This document shows, in pieces, positions 29,245 through 38,678 of a stretch of DNA of 64,000 nucleotides (within the stretch, counting starts at the first letter, position 1; each line of letters begins with the position of its first letter). The notes under the pieces were generated by a model. The model had not been told where the DNA came from, did no database searches, and saw only the letters and a list, made by a program, of their open reading frames with translations. Both the position numbers and the translations under genes were made by a program. Source of the stretch: Paramoeba atlantica (taxonomy: Eukaryota > Protista > Discosea); NCBI GenBank assembly GCA_977017575.1, contig CDRNVI010000052.1, forward strand, positions 1-64,000, read 5' to 3'.

Positions 29245-30312
29245 ATGATTACGTATCGCTTTGACACTCTGAGCACAAGTGCCTTAGGTATATGTGGCTA
29301 TACTATCACGGCTGGTTATGCATGTGTAGCATTATGGAAATGGAGGCGGAGAAATGCAACTTCGAGCCTCGACTCTTCACAAGCACCAGACGATCTTGAA
29401 AAAGAAAGGACCATTTTTGCTTTTGTACGAGGCAGGCGAATTTTGCCAGTATGTGCCAAATCTCTATATGCTTTCGGGGTGTCCTTTATTGGTACCTTAC
29501 TGTTTTACCTCGAGCCACGAATTCCGCTAGCACTACCCGCGGCGCTCACTTTTATTTGTGGTTTGCTTAATTTGACTTCTCCAAGCGAAGCTCTGTCTCC
29601 TCGCGGAAGAAATGGAATGTTGACTCTTCTTTCGCTTTCTTGTGGATACGCCATGGGTCCAATTAATGTCACTTTTCCTAGTATGATTGCACTACCATTC
29701 TACTCATGTGTGTTCTCCACTTTATTGAGTCACATGGTGGCAAGTAAAGTTTGTCAAACGTCCTCGTGGTATTTGATACACGCGTTGATCTGCAGCTTAA
29801 CCTTCGGAAATTCGTTGTTGGAAAGTATATTCAAGCACCCAGGGCGCGCCCTCCCCTTTCATATATGGCAAATAGTCCAGAGCGGTATTTGCGTAGGGAT
29901 GACTGTATACGGCTGGTATGCCTGCATTGGTTCTCGACAACGAAGGTCGGGGACAGTAAAAGAGGTGTATGTTGCAATGGACGATCCTGCCAAACAGGAT
30001 TGTATGATTCATCGAGACACAACAATTATTTTTGGTGCTACAGCCTCCATTTTGTTTATTATTACGCGTCAACTCATGCGAAAAGTATTCAGGAGACGAG
30101 GTCCACCTCAGTCTTCTCATAATACTGCCTCCTCGACTATTATATGGCCGGGTTATCCCACCATCGGTCTCCACGTGGGGTTCTCAGATATAAGCTCGGC
30201 TTTGATCTGTGTCGCAGGGTACATATTAGCTGTCAGCAAATTGCAACATACATATGGCACAACGTGTGGTCATCGCATGAGCGAACTGGGGCGTGGCATT
30301 ATGGGTTCGTAA
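29245..30312 (+). CDS. Multi-pass membrane protein, weak resemblance to the Bax inhibitor-1/GHITM family
   Basis: 355 aa with about 7-8 hydrophobic segments; RNGMLTLLSLSCGYAMGPI resembles the BI-1 R...L...G..LGP segment (family call weak). Confidence 0.6.
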   Translation: MITYRFDTLSTSALGICGYTITAGYACVALWKWRRRNATSSLDSSQAPDDLEKERTIFAFVRGRRILPVCAKSLYAFGVSFIGTLLFYLEPRIPLALPAALTFICGLLNLTSPSEALSPRGRNGMLTLLSLSCGYAMGPINVTFPSMIALPFYSCVFSTLLSHMVASKVCQTSSWYLIHALICSLTFGNSLLESIFKHPGRALPFHIWQIVQSGICVGMTVYGWYACIGSRQRRSGTVKEVYVAMDDPAKQDCMIHRDTTIIFGATASILFIITRQLMRKVFRRRGPPQSSHNTASSTIIWPGYPTIGLHVGFSDISSALICVAGYILAVSKLQHTYGTTCGHRMSELGRGIMGS

Positions 30313-30355
30313 GCATTCTAGGACCGTTAATCTTTTTTCAGACCTTACTGAACTA

Positions 30356-30669
30356 CCGTATACCCCCCCCCCCAGTACGATACCCCCCCAGTGAGAGAGA
30401 TTTGGCCCTTTTTGGGCTGACACCCAGTAAGAGAGATTTGGCTCGGGGGTATAGGGAGTAGGGGATGGGTGTCTGCATGTTGGGGGCCTCGGGGGTAACC
30501 CAAATAAGCGTCTTAACACGTTTTCCGAAGAAACAATACAAAAAAATAGTCAAAAAAGTCGGGAGAAAAGAGGAAACTTGCCAAAAAAGCATACCCCCCC
30601 AGTAAGAGAGATTTGGCCATTTCTACCCAAAACCCATTCTCTTACTGGGGGGGGGGGGGGGGTATACGG
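30356..30669. mobile_element. MITE family B (CCGTATAC-C(n)-AGTA termini), 314 bp
   Basis: TA|CCGTATACCCCCCCCCCCAGTA ... TACTGGGG(n)TATACGG|TA; internal CCAGTAAGAGAGATTTGGC repeats; second copy at 54964-55316. Confidence 0.9.
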
Positions 30670-30745
30670 TATACAATATTCACATAGAGTTTCCTTTTCT
30701 TAATTTTCTTCCAATTCCAAGAACAAAACTTCCAATTAATTTGAA

Positions 30746-31189
30746 TTGCTACGATGCCTTTGTTTGTCATTTCAGTTGAATACCAACGGCCTCAGGCAGC
30801 ACGAATCCGTGGTGCTTCGTTACGTGGACTGTAGTACACGTACTGTTGACTTGCTTCGCGAAACTCAACTCTCTTCTCCTATTGATTTTAGGTCTATGCC
30901 CCTTAGTCTAGAATGTATTGTGCTTTCGGGTGTGGGGCTTCGTGGCGCTCTCGATTTAACGTACCTTCCATGTAATTTACGCGAGCTGATGCTGTCTTAC
31001 AACCTCTTTGAAGGAACCATTGATGTTTCAATGCTTCCGAAAGGTATGACAGATCTTGACTTGACGCTTTGCGATCTTACTGGCGAGGTAGATTTCTTCC
31101 ACCTTCCTGAAAGCATGGAGAGGCTCATCATTTTCGGTACCGGTCTCGTTGGAAAAGATAACTACCTACCGGATTGTGTTATAAAGTAG
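30746..31189 (+). pseudogene. 5'-truncated leucine-rich repeat gene fragment
   Basis: LDLTYLPCNLRELMLSYNLFEGTIDVSMLPKGMTDLDL...FHLPESMERL; no upstream in-frame ATG (track start TTG). Confidence 0.7.
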
Positions 31190-31336
31190 TTTCAGTTCTC
31201 CGGCTGTTTCTCCGGTCTAGGTTTGTTTGGGACACCGGACACGAGGTACAGTAACTAGCAAAAGTGTTCAAATGTTTTCACAAATTTTAATGTTTCTATA
31301 TTTTACAAAAGAGATGCAGAGGATAATTCAGTAGTA

Positions 31337-31702
31337 CAGTGGTTTCAATTGAACTTCACCCCCGCGGAATTTTGAGTTTTTTTGTCCGTTTTTGCTCATT
31401 TTTGTTGCAAACGAGAGATCTCGTTCCCCTAGTGAAGCGCTTTGGCACCTGTTTTTCATAGGGACCCCCTAGTGCTCATATGATGACCCGAAAAACAGCC
31501 AAAACATATTTTGATAAATACGAACGTTGGAAGGAAGTCTAAAACTATGTATTTTTGACCCAGGGGGTACCAGGGGGTCAGCACCAGGGGGCAGCAAAGC
31601 GCTTCACCAGAGAAACGAGATCTATCCAATGCTGCGGAAATGAGAAAAAACAGATAAAAAAACTCAAACTTCCGCAGGGGGGAAGATATCTTGAAACCAC
31701 TG
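31337..31702. mobile_element. MITE family A, complete 366-bp copy nested in the Tc1 element
   Basis: TA|CAGTGGTTTCAA ... TTGAAACCACTG|TA, with imperfect inverted similarity extending about 115 bp. Confidence 0.9.
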
Positions 31703-31795
31703 TATATTACAGTAGTGTAGGCTGGAGTAGTGCTTACATTCCCACGTACTTAGACTTCATCAACGATCTTACGGTAAAAAACTATGAAAGATATA

Positions 31796-32241
31796 CCGGT
31801 CTAAACTTAATCACGCCCAAACTGAATTAAGCCCGAAATCTCCCTTTGGGCTTAATTAAGTTTGGGCGTAATAAACGTTATGTTCGACAAACTGTTTTCT
31901 AAATCTTTTGAAAAAGAATTTTCCATTTTTTATGGATAACTTTACGATTCCGAAGGTAGTGCTTGATGAGGTTTCGTCAAGACGAAACACTGACTGAAAG
32001 TTAAGAAGAGATTGATGTCCAGACGCTATTTAATTTATTATTGGAATGAGAGGATTTTTCAGAAATCCTATAGATTTTTTCTAAAATATTCTTTACCCAC
32101 ATATTTTCCGCGATCCCCCTCCAGGGTGATGGCATCGGGGGGGGATCGCCCGCAGCCTGACCAACCCATTTGGGCTTAATTAAGTTTGTGCGTAATTAAG
32201 TTGGGCGTAATTATGTACGGGCGTAAGTATGTTCGGCACGG
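31796..32241. mobile_element. MITE family C, 446 bp, CCG termini with 16-bp subterminal repeats
   Basis: TA|CCGGTCTAAAC... and ...GTTCGGCACGG|TA; unit TTAATTACGCCCAAAC x2 left and x4 (inverted) right; extra inverted arm at about 31846-31891. Confidence 0.75.
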
Positions 32242-32337
32242 TAATGCGAGTCCAACACGTGAGCACTTTTTTTCACTTTTTTGAGATTACTTTTTGTTGG
32301 CCAAAATTTTGCCTTACCAAACCCAAATGACCAAAAC

Positions 32338-33250
32338 TTAATACTTCGTAAGTCTCCCCTTCCCCTTAATTACTGCCCTTAAACGACGGGGCATGCTGCG
32401 GACAAGAAGAAGACATGCACTCGGAGGATGGTCTGCCCACGCTTTTTGGGCGCGTTCCCAAAGTTCCAACGTTCCTACGGGAGGATCTGGATGATCCGCA
32501 GTTGACTTTTTGAGCTCGCCCCATAGGTGCTCTATGGGATTTAAATCGGGAGACTGCGGGGGGCAGTCTAGGACACACAATTCTTGTAAACGAAGGAATT
32601 CCCGAGCCTTCTTACTCGTGTGCTTTGGATCATTATCTTGTTGCAAGATGATCCGGGTTCATGACATCCAACTTGTGGAGGGAAGGAGACAAATGCTGTT
32701 GAAGTATTTGAACATACTATTCAGCATTCATGTTGCCATGAACCAGAGCAATGGAGCCCACACCGTGAGCCATCATACACCCCCATACCATGATGGATCC
32801 CCCACCGTACTTCACGGTGCTGTGAGTATTTCGCTCTGAAAGTGCTTCCCCAAAGCTCACCCACGCCCACCGTCTGCCATTCGACTCGAAACAGCAGATC
32901 TTACTTTCATCAGTAAAAAGCACACGGCTCCAGTCGGCGTGCGTCCAATGCTCATACTTCTTTGCAAAAGCAAGATGTAGAGCTTTGTGACGCTTCGTGA
33001 GGTGGGGTTTCCGTAATTTCTTCTTCCCCTTCAAACCACGCTTCCGAAGGGAAACCCGAATGGTTTGAAGTGAAACATCTGCAACCCCGTCATCTCTCAA
33101 CCGTTTGCTGGTCGCGACTGCATCCTTAGTTGCACCGCTCGTGATAAGGCGGCGGACGCGATTGGAGCATGTCTCGGTAAGCTTGCGAGGGCGACCTTTT
33201 TTCGGTTTGTTAACTAAGTTGGGTAGGTACTTTTTCTTATCCTCTGCATA
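32338..33250 (-). pseudogene. Tc1 DD34E transposase pseudogene
   Basis: KGRPRKLT...KPHLTKRHK...VLFTDESK...KYGGGSIMVWGC...NAE*YVQIL, then a frameshift to QQDNDPKH-(34 aa)-PQSPDLNPIEHLW...SMPRRLRAVIKGKGRLTKY; no ATG, first HTH missing. Confidence 0.95.
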
Positions 33251-33467
33251 TCTTTTGTAAAATATTAAAACATTAAAATTTGTGAGAACATTCGAACACT
33301 TTTGTTAGTTACTGTAGAACGCGGTACGAACTTCAATACGCTTTTCTCCGATTTTTCGACATGTGGGTCTGTTCCTAAAGATTTTTGTGAGCCCCCCTCC
33401 ACTAACAGAGCAAATGTGCTTCATATTGGGGTAGTAGTGGTTGTGGGAGTAGTGCCCTATCCATGGA

Positions 33468-33930
33468 CAGTTACTCCCCCCCCCCTATCCTAGCGTTGCC
33501 TGGTTTTGGTGAAAAGCAACGCTAGGAGGGGGGGAGGGGGGTAAAAACCCCCACCAATGGGGGATTTCGAATAATGTGCTTGCTCATCGGGCCACGATTT
33601 TCAAGTGAATCTTTAGACAGTTGTTTTGTTCATGCACTTATAGTGCAGAGATTAGATACAGTTTCTGTACCTTGTTGAATTATTTTCAATTTTGTACTAA
33701 CTTTATCTTCCGGAGCATGGCCTCCAATGTCACCTCACCGGCTCCCATCGCGCACGACGGCCTCCCTCGAGGACCTGTCAGCGCGCAGCGACATCCCCAG
33801 AGCTTTCACTTTATCCAAAGTCGAGCGATGCCGGATTAGTCATCCTCAGCGGCAGGATTAGTCATCCTCAAAAGCAACGCTAGGAGGTGGGGTTACCGGG
33901 ACAACGCTAGGATAGGGGGGGAGAGTAATG
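33468..33930. mobile_element. TIR element D, 463 bp, with captured internal sequence
   Basis: CAGTTACTCCCCCCCCCCTATCCTAGCGTTGCCTGGT (33468-33504) vs inverted ACCGGGACAACGCTAGGATAGGGGGGGAGAGTAATG (33895-33930)|TA; internal AAAAGCAACGCTAGGAGG twice. Confidence 0.75.
33651..33677 (+). other. Spliced-leader (mini-exon) relic, 3' 27 nt
   Basis: ATTAGATACAGTTTCTGTACCTTGTTG vs kinetoplastid SL 3' end ..ACAGTTTCTGTACT(A/T)TATTG; followed by a 39-nt U-rich spacer and ATG at 33717, not by a GT donor. Confidence 0.75.
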
Positions 33931-34435
33931 TATTTCAAGTGTGTATATTGTCCCATTGCATTCATGAGGTAAGGGCAAGGATGGCGTGTTTCATTTGGAG
34001 ACAATTTCGTAGAAGATCTTCTATCGCTTCTTGTGATACATACAGGTTCCTTGAGCGGCAAGCCGCTGAAAATAAATGCCCGACCCCAATTTGCAAGATA
34101 AAGTCCAATACAACACACGCACTTGCTCGACTCGTACTATTGGAAGTTGGACCTCTGGGGCTAGTTTCACCATAGTTTGAATGCACATGATTTTATCCGT
34201 GTCAGTTGCTATCTGGCTTTGGACATACGGGGGGACATTTGTCTGTGTAATACTAATCTGGAGAACATAAATCTGTGTGATATTAGTATGTGTTAACTCC
34301 AAAATATTTGGTCGGACAGAAAACTGTGTTAAATCAAAAATGCACCGCAGGCGAAATTCTTCTTTTTTAGTAAATTTATGTATTTTTCTCTGAAAATTTC
34401 ATTCTTCTTGATTTATATTTGTAAAAATCACTGTA

Positions 34436-34795
34436 GAACCGCCGAAAGTGGTCACACCAATAGAAATCACACCAATGGAAAATTATCCGACCGTCACTGT
34501 CGATAGCCCCCCATATCATCACCTTTTTTGGATGATGAGAACGGCTTTTCGGAACGCGATCTTCGGGACTTTGCCAAGCGCCTCGAGACAGGTCTTCAGC
34601 GTGTCGTCATCACATATGATACCGACGAAGGCGATCTAGGCTCTTTTTGATAGCTTCAAGGGACGTTTCTTGCATGGCCATTTCTTCCTGCAGCCACTGT
34701 AAGGGTAGGAAAAACCTGCAACACAGTCGGAGTTGAAGTCGAAGTTGACTTGAAAAACGAGACAAGGCTTCGTACAGCGTAGCAGTTTCGGAGAG
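34436..34795 (-). mobile_element. Tc1/mariner transposase remnant
   Basis: ...SRSHHPKKVMIWGAIDSDGRIIFHW is the HP.KVMVWG.I...G motif; upstream KKRPLKLSKR fragment; broken by stops and cut by a CACTG|TA terminus at about 34433. Confidence 0.6.
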
Positions 34796-34801
34796 AAAAT
34801 A

Positions 34802-35035
34802 CATTGGTTAAATCTCCCTTTTTTCCCCCAAATTCCCCCGGTGTGCTACAATCTGAGCCGTACAGCTCTTATTTTCTATAAATCCCCCTGAATGGCTTGG
34901 TGTAAATAAGTCTATGTCTTCTCTTTCGTCAATACCAATCTAGAAGGATTGTTCGCTGAACTCGAAAAAACTTTGAAGTATTTTTTTTGAAAAATAGTTA
35001 AAATAGGGGAAAAAAGGGGAGATTCCACCAATATG
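34802..35035. mobile_element. Putative MITE E, 234 bp
   Basis: TA|CATTGGTTAAATCTCCCTTTTTTCCCC vs inverted GGGGAAAAAAGGGGAGATTCCACCAATATG|TA (imperfect ~28-bp TIR). Confidence 0.5.
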
Positions 35036-35738
35036 TAGCGTGTCTGACTATTAAATTATTCGATTCTTCTTCCTTTAGTATACTGTAGTTTAGTATACTG
35101 TAACAGTGTTTGATAGAATGAGGTGCCGCCCTGCCTTTCTTACAAATTTCTGCAACAAACCTCGCGAGAGTAGGTACTTTTTGCCCCAATTACTTGATGC
35201 ATTAGAATTTATCCTGAATCCACCGAGTTATGCGTTTTCAAAGCCTTCAGTGAACTCACAAGTGTATCGAGTACTTTCCTTTTCTCATCTGGACCCAGGC
35301 TTCTATCCAGAGGCAAGCTATGAAAGCATTCCGAGTTTTTGGCTGCTTTGTTGGCGTGGCTATTATATTCTTCATGTCGCCGGTCAAGAGCAATACCTTT
35401 GTATTGACCCTTTCGTGTCGACAGAATACACCCTCCACCATGGAAAGTGTTTATGTAGGCTTTTCGCCATTTGAAAATTTCAGTATAGATCCACTTAGCA
35501 AGTGAAATTTTTGCGACATTGTTCAAAAAAATACCCAAAGCATAGGATTAAAACGATCTTCGGAAGTGTATGCACTGCATTCTTCCATCTCTTGCACCGA
35601 GCTTCATAGCGAATTCGTGAGATCAGTCCAATCATGTTCGTCCAGCACACACAAGCGCGGAAAAAAAATCTTCTAGCTCACTTTCTGCCTCTCGCCGAGC
35701 TACATGATCTACTGCCGCTCTATCGTCCAGCATACATA

Positions 35739-36100
35739 CAGTGTTTTCAAGATGTGCAGTGTTTTCAAGATGTCTTCTCCCCTGCGGAAATTTGACTCTT
35801 TTTATCTGTTTTTTTCTCATTTTTACAGCATTGGATAGATCTCGTTCCCCTGATGAAGAGTTTTGTCGCCCTTTTTTTGTAGGGACCCCCTGGGTCCAAA
35901 ACACATGGTTTTTTGGGTCATTTTTCTGGAACACATACATTTTTTTCATTTTTTTATGCTTTGTTAAAATATTTTCTTTCGCATTTTGGCTTGTTTTCAT
36001 TTTCTTTGATCTCGTTAGCAAATGCCTTTGTTACTTTTTCTTCCCAGTGATCCCCTAGGGCTCTCGTGAGATTAAAAACACAGTTCATTTGAAACCACTG
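35739..36100. mobile_element. MITE family A, 362-bp copy with an 18-bp terminal duplication
   Basis: TA|CAGTGTTTTCAAGATGTG CAGTGTTTTCAAGATGTC... ...TTGAAACCACTG|TA. Confidence 0.88.
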
Positions 36101-36161
36101 TACATGTGGCGCATGTGCCCATTTACATAATCGATCGAATCCAAGATGTCGGCGAAGATCA

Positions 36162-36222
36162 TCGACAAAACCTTGGTGGTGGCTCGACAAAACCTTGGTG
36201 GAATCTCGACAAAACAATGGTG
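36162..36222. repeat. 22-bp tandem repeat x3
   Basis: TCGACAAAACCTTGGTGG units at 36162, 36184, 36206 (third diverged). Confidence 0.8.
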
Positions 36223-36618
36223 AAACCTCGCCACCCTCGGCCCTTCAATTGTTTTGAGAGAAAACGTTTATTCGTCTTCAAAAGACGTATAACGTTTTTA
36301 TACGTCTTTGAAGACGTATAACGTAAAAGACTTTTACGTTATCAAGACTTGCAATGTATGTTCTCATTATTTTTGTTTCTGCGCAAGAAGACAAAGATTT
36401 TGCTCTCAGTAACAGCACCAAAAGGAATTTTTTAATTGAAATATAGAAAATCTGTAGAACGCAAATTTTCCTTGTTAGATTTTTTTCCAACAATGGCCGT
36501 ACTTTCAATCGAAACCATGAAACGCTATTCCTCGCTGCATCAGAGCTCGTCATCACCAAACCCCTCCCCGACATAACACACTCCCTCCCCCTTTCCCTTG
36601 CACACATAACCGACACGC

Positions 36619-38460
36619 ATGAACCATACCCTCACTCAGGTCACCAAACACACCCCCACCCCCACCGTTGTCGAGGCCATGCTCCACGGCACCGGGGTCG
36701 TCGCCATGGACTTTGGTCCCCACCTCATGCACTGGACCCTCGCATGCCGCGCCGCCCTCACCCACGGCCACCCCCCCACATCCCCCTCCCCCCTCCCCGG
36801 ACCCGGCCACCGTCTCCTCTCCAACCTCCACCTCGCCCGCGAACACGCCCGTCTCACCCGGGACAAACTCCGTCGTCTCTACGTCGACCCCCACGCCTGG
36901 GTCCCCGCCTACACCTCCACCCTGGTGGACTGGATCAACACCAACACCGACCCCCCCGGCGCCCTTCTCCCCCCCTCCCCCCACGGACCCCTCCCCGCCC
37001 TCCCCTTTGCCGCGGACGCCACCCAACGCGTGCTGCCCTTCCCCCAGCTCCTGGCCTACGAACACAGCCTCGCGCGGTACAGCCACGGGGTACGGCCCCT
37101 CGCCCACCTCCCCGCGCTCCACCCCCTCCACGGGGTCTACGCCCCGGGGGTCGTGGAGGGCCGCCTGTACCGCAGTCTGATCGGCTGGTTCCGCTCCACG
37201 GTGCGCACGGAGAGGTGCTGGCACGCGCTGGACTGGTGCAGCCAAAGTGGGGTGCTGAGTTGGGGGCTGCTGGTGAATGGGGTACGGCACCTGGTGTGTG
37301 TGGACCACGGGGTGAGGGGACTGCGCTCGACGAAGGGACAGGTGAGACGGTGCGCGGGGGAGGAGAAGTTTCAGAGGTGGGAGGGGGCGGGGAGGGTGAC
37401 GTTGGTGCCGTTTGAGTATGAGAGTGCGGAGGGGGGAGGGAAGGGGGGTGGGAGGAGAGGGGGGGAAGGGGGGTCGACGGTTTCGTTTGAGGCGTTGGAG
37501 TACCAGTGTCCGGAGGCGTTGAAGGGGATGAAGTTTGATTTGATTGTCACGCATGTGGGATTGCCTGAGGTATCGATGACCCCTCTTACGGAGATGGGCC
37601 CTTTTCGCGCCCAGGTGCAACAGTCTCGTAAGAATACCATTCTGTCATTTTTGGAAATGTGTGAAAAGCACTTACTAAGGTGTGGAGGGCGCTACGTTGC
37701 AATCATATCCCACAATTACCATTGGCTTCTCTCAGGGGAGGTTCTTCCGTTGCCTTTAACCCCGCCTACGCATTGGGAAACGATTCTCGACGAGAGTTGT
37801 TCTCTTGGTGAGTGTGAGGGTATTCTTGGTGGCATTGAAACCGATATAACCGCTATGGCCACCGCTTCGAGTGCGATGCAAAAAACGCAGTCTCAGGACA
37901 CGGACAATCCACTCAAAGTTACGCGCACAACACACAAGAAGCGCTCACAACTATGTGATTCCTTGTGGGTTCGAGATTATTTGCGTGATGTCACGGGTCA
38001 CCTATGGGTTCTACGGCTGAAAGGGGCCAATGAGCGATATCTTAAATCGAAGCCTTCTAGCTATGAGGCCGGGGAGCCTTCGACGGACGTACAACCTTGT
38101 GCTTGGAAAGAAACGCGTGATTATCAATACTACCAACCAAAGTCTGGTCCTCTTGATGCCGCTCTTGGAGCTAATGTGCCCACACTTTCATTTCTAGAAG
38201 ACGCTTCATCTCAACGCCGCACTGACCTTGATGTTTTGCATTCCTCACCTGAACCGCCAATTGCAGAACTCAACAAAAATGATCAATGCTCTAATAAAGA
38301 AATTGACTCACAGTCTTCTTTATCCAGTACGCCTCCTAGAACACGTGCTACCGTGTCTCAGAACAAAGAAGATAAATATACAAGAGCAATTCGACAGCAA
38401 AAAGCAGCATTGAAAACACAAATTGACTTGCTGAATTTTCTTTCCAGCAAGCGTCTTTAA
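36619..38460 (+). CDS. Class I SAM-dependent methyltransferase-like protein (MTS/PrmC-like), degenerate motifs
   Basis: ALHPLHGVYAP resembles the IHPHYGVFSP motif; motif I-like LDWCSQSGVLS; FDLIVTHVGLP at the FDLIVCNPPW position. Confidence 0.55.
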   Translation: MNHTLTQVTKHTPTPTVVEAMLHGTGVVAMDFGPHLMHWTLACRAALTHGHPPTSPSPLPGPGHRLLSNLHLAREHARLTRDKLRRLYVDPHAWVPAYTSTLVDWINTNTDPPGALLPPSPHGPLPALPFAADATQRVLPFPQLLAYEHSLARYSHGVRPLAHLPALHPLHGVYAPGVVEGRLYRSLIGWFRSTVRTERCWHALDWCSQSGVLSWGLLVNGVRHLVCVDHGVRGLRSTKGQVRRCAGEEKFQRWEGAGRVTLVPFEYESAEGGGKGGGRRGGEGGSTVSFEALEYQCPEALKGMKFDLIVTHVGLPEVSMTPLTEMGPFRAQVQQSRKNTILSFLEMCEKHLLRCGGRYVAIISHNYHWLLSGEVLPLPLTPPTHWETILDESCSLGECEGILGGIETDITAMATASSAMQKTQSQDTDNPLKVTRTTHKKRSQLCDSLWVRDYLRDVTGHLWVLRLKGANERYLKSKPSSYEAGEPSTDVQPCAWKETRDYQYYQPKSGPLDAALGANVPTLSFLEDASSQRRTDLDVLHSSPEPPIAELNKNDQCSNKEIDSQSSLSSTPPRTRATVSQNKEDKYTRAIRQQKAALKTQIDLLNFLSSKRL

Positions 38461-38678
38461 GCGCTTGAAGTGGTCCCTGGGTCTACTTCATATCTTGGAG
38501 CATATCACACTTAATGCTAAAGATTCTATAATATCTTTTCTTTTATATCTTTTTGCAGGTTCAAACCGAGGAATCGAACCAAAGGTATATTGGCCCAACA
38601 TATATTTGGGCTGATCTGAAGCAACCAAAAGTGTAAATTCATCTCAATTTTGATTATCAATTTTATTGGAGGTCTCTA

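Larger units (their letters stand above)
31249..33314 (-). mobile_element. Tc1-family element, 2066 bp, 78-bp TIRs, TA-flanked, carrying two nested MITEs
   Basis: TIRs 31249-31326 and 33237-33314 (CAGTAACTA(G/A)CAAAAGTGTTC...GAGGATAA), 72/78 identical by eye; TA on both sides. Confidence 0.9.

Noticed and set aside
33621-33839. A functional SL RNA gene at the SL-like motif
   Set aside because: No AACTAAC-like 5' end, no GT donor after the exon and no downstream T-tract terminator; treated as a relic instead.
35106-35700. Short ORFs on both strands between MITEs
   Set aside because: Possibly further TE debris, but no transposase motif was recognisable.
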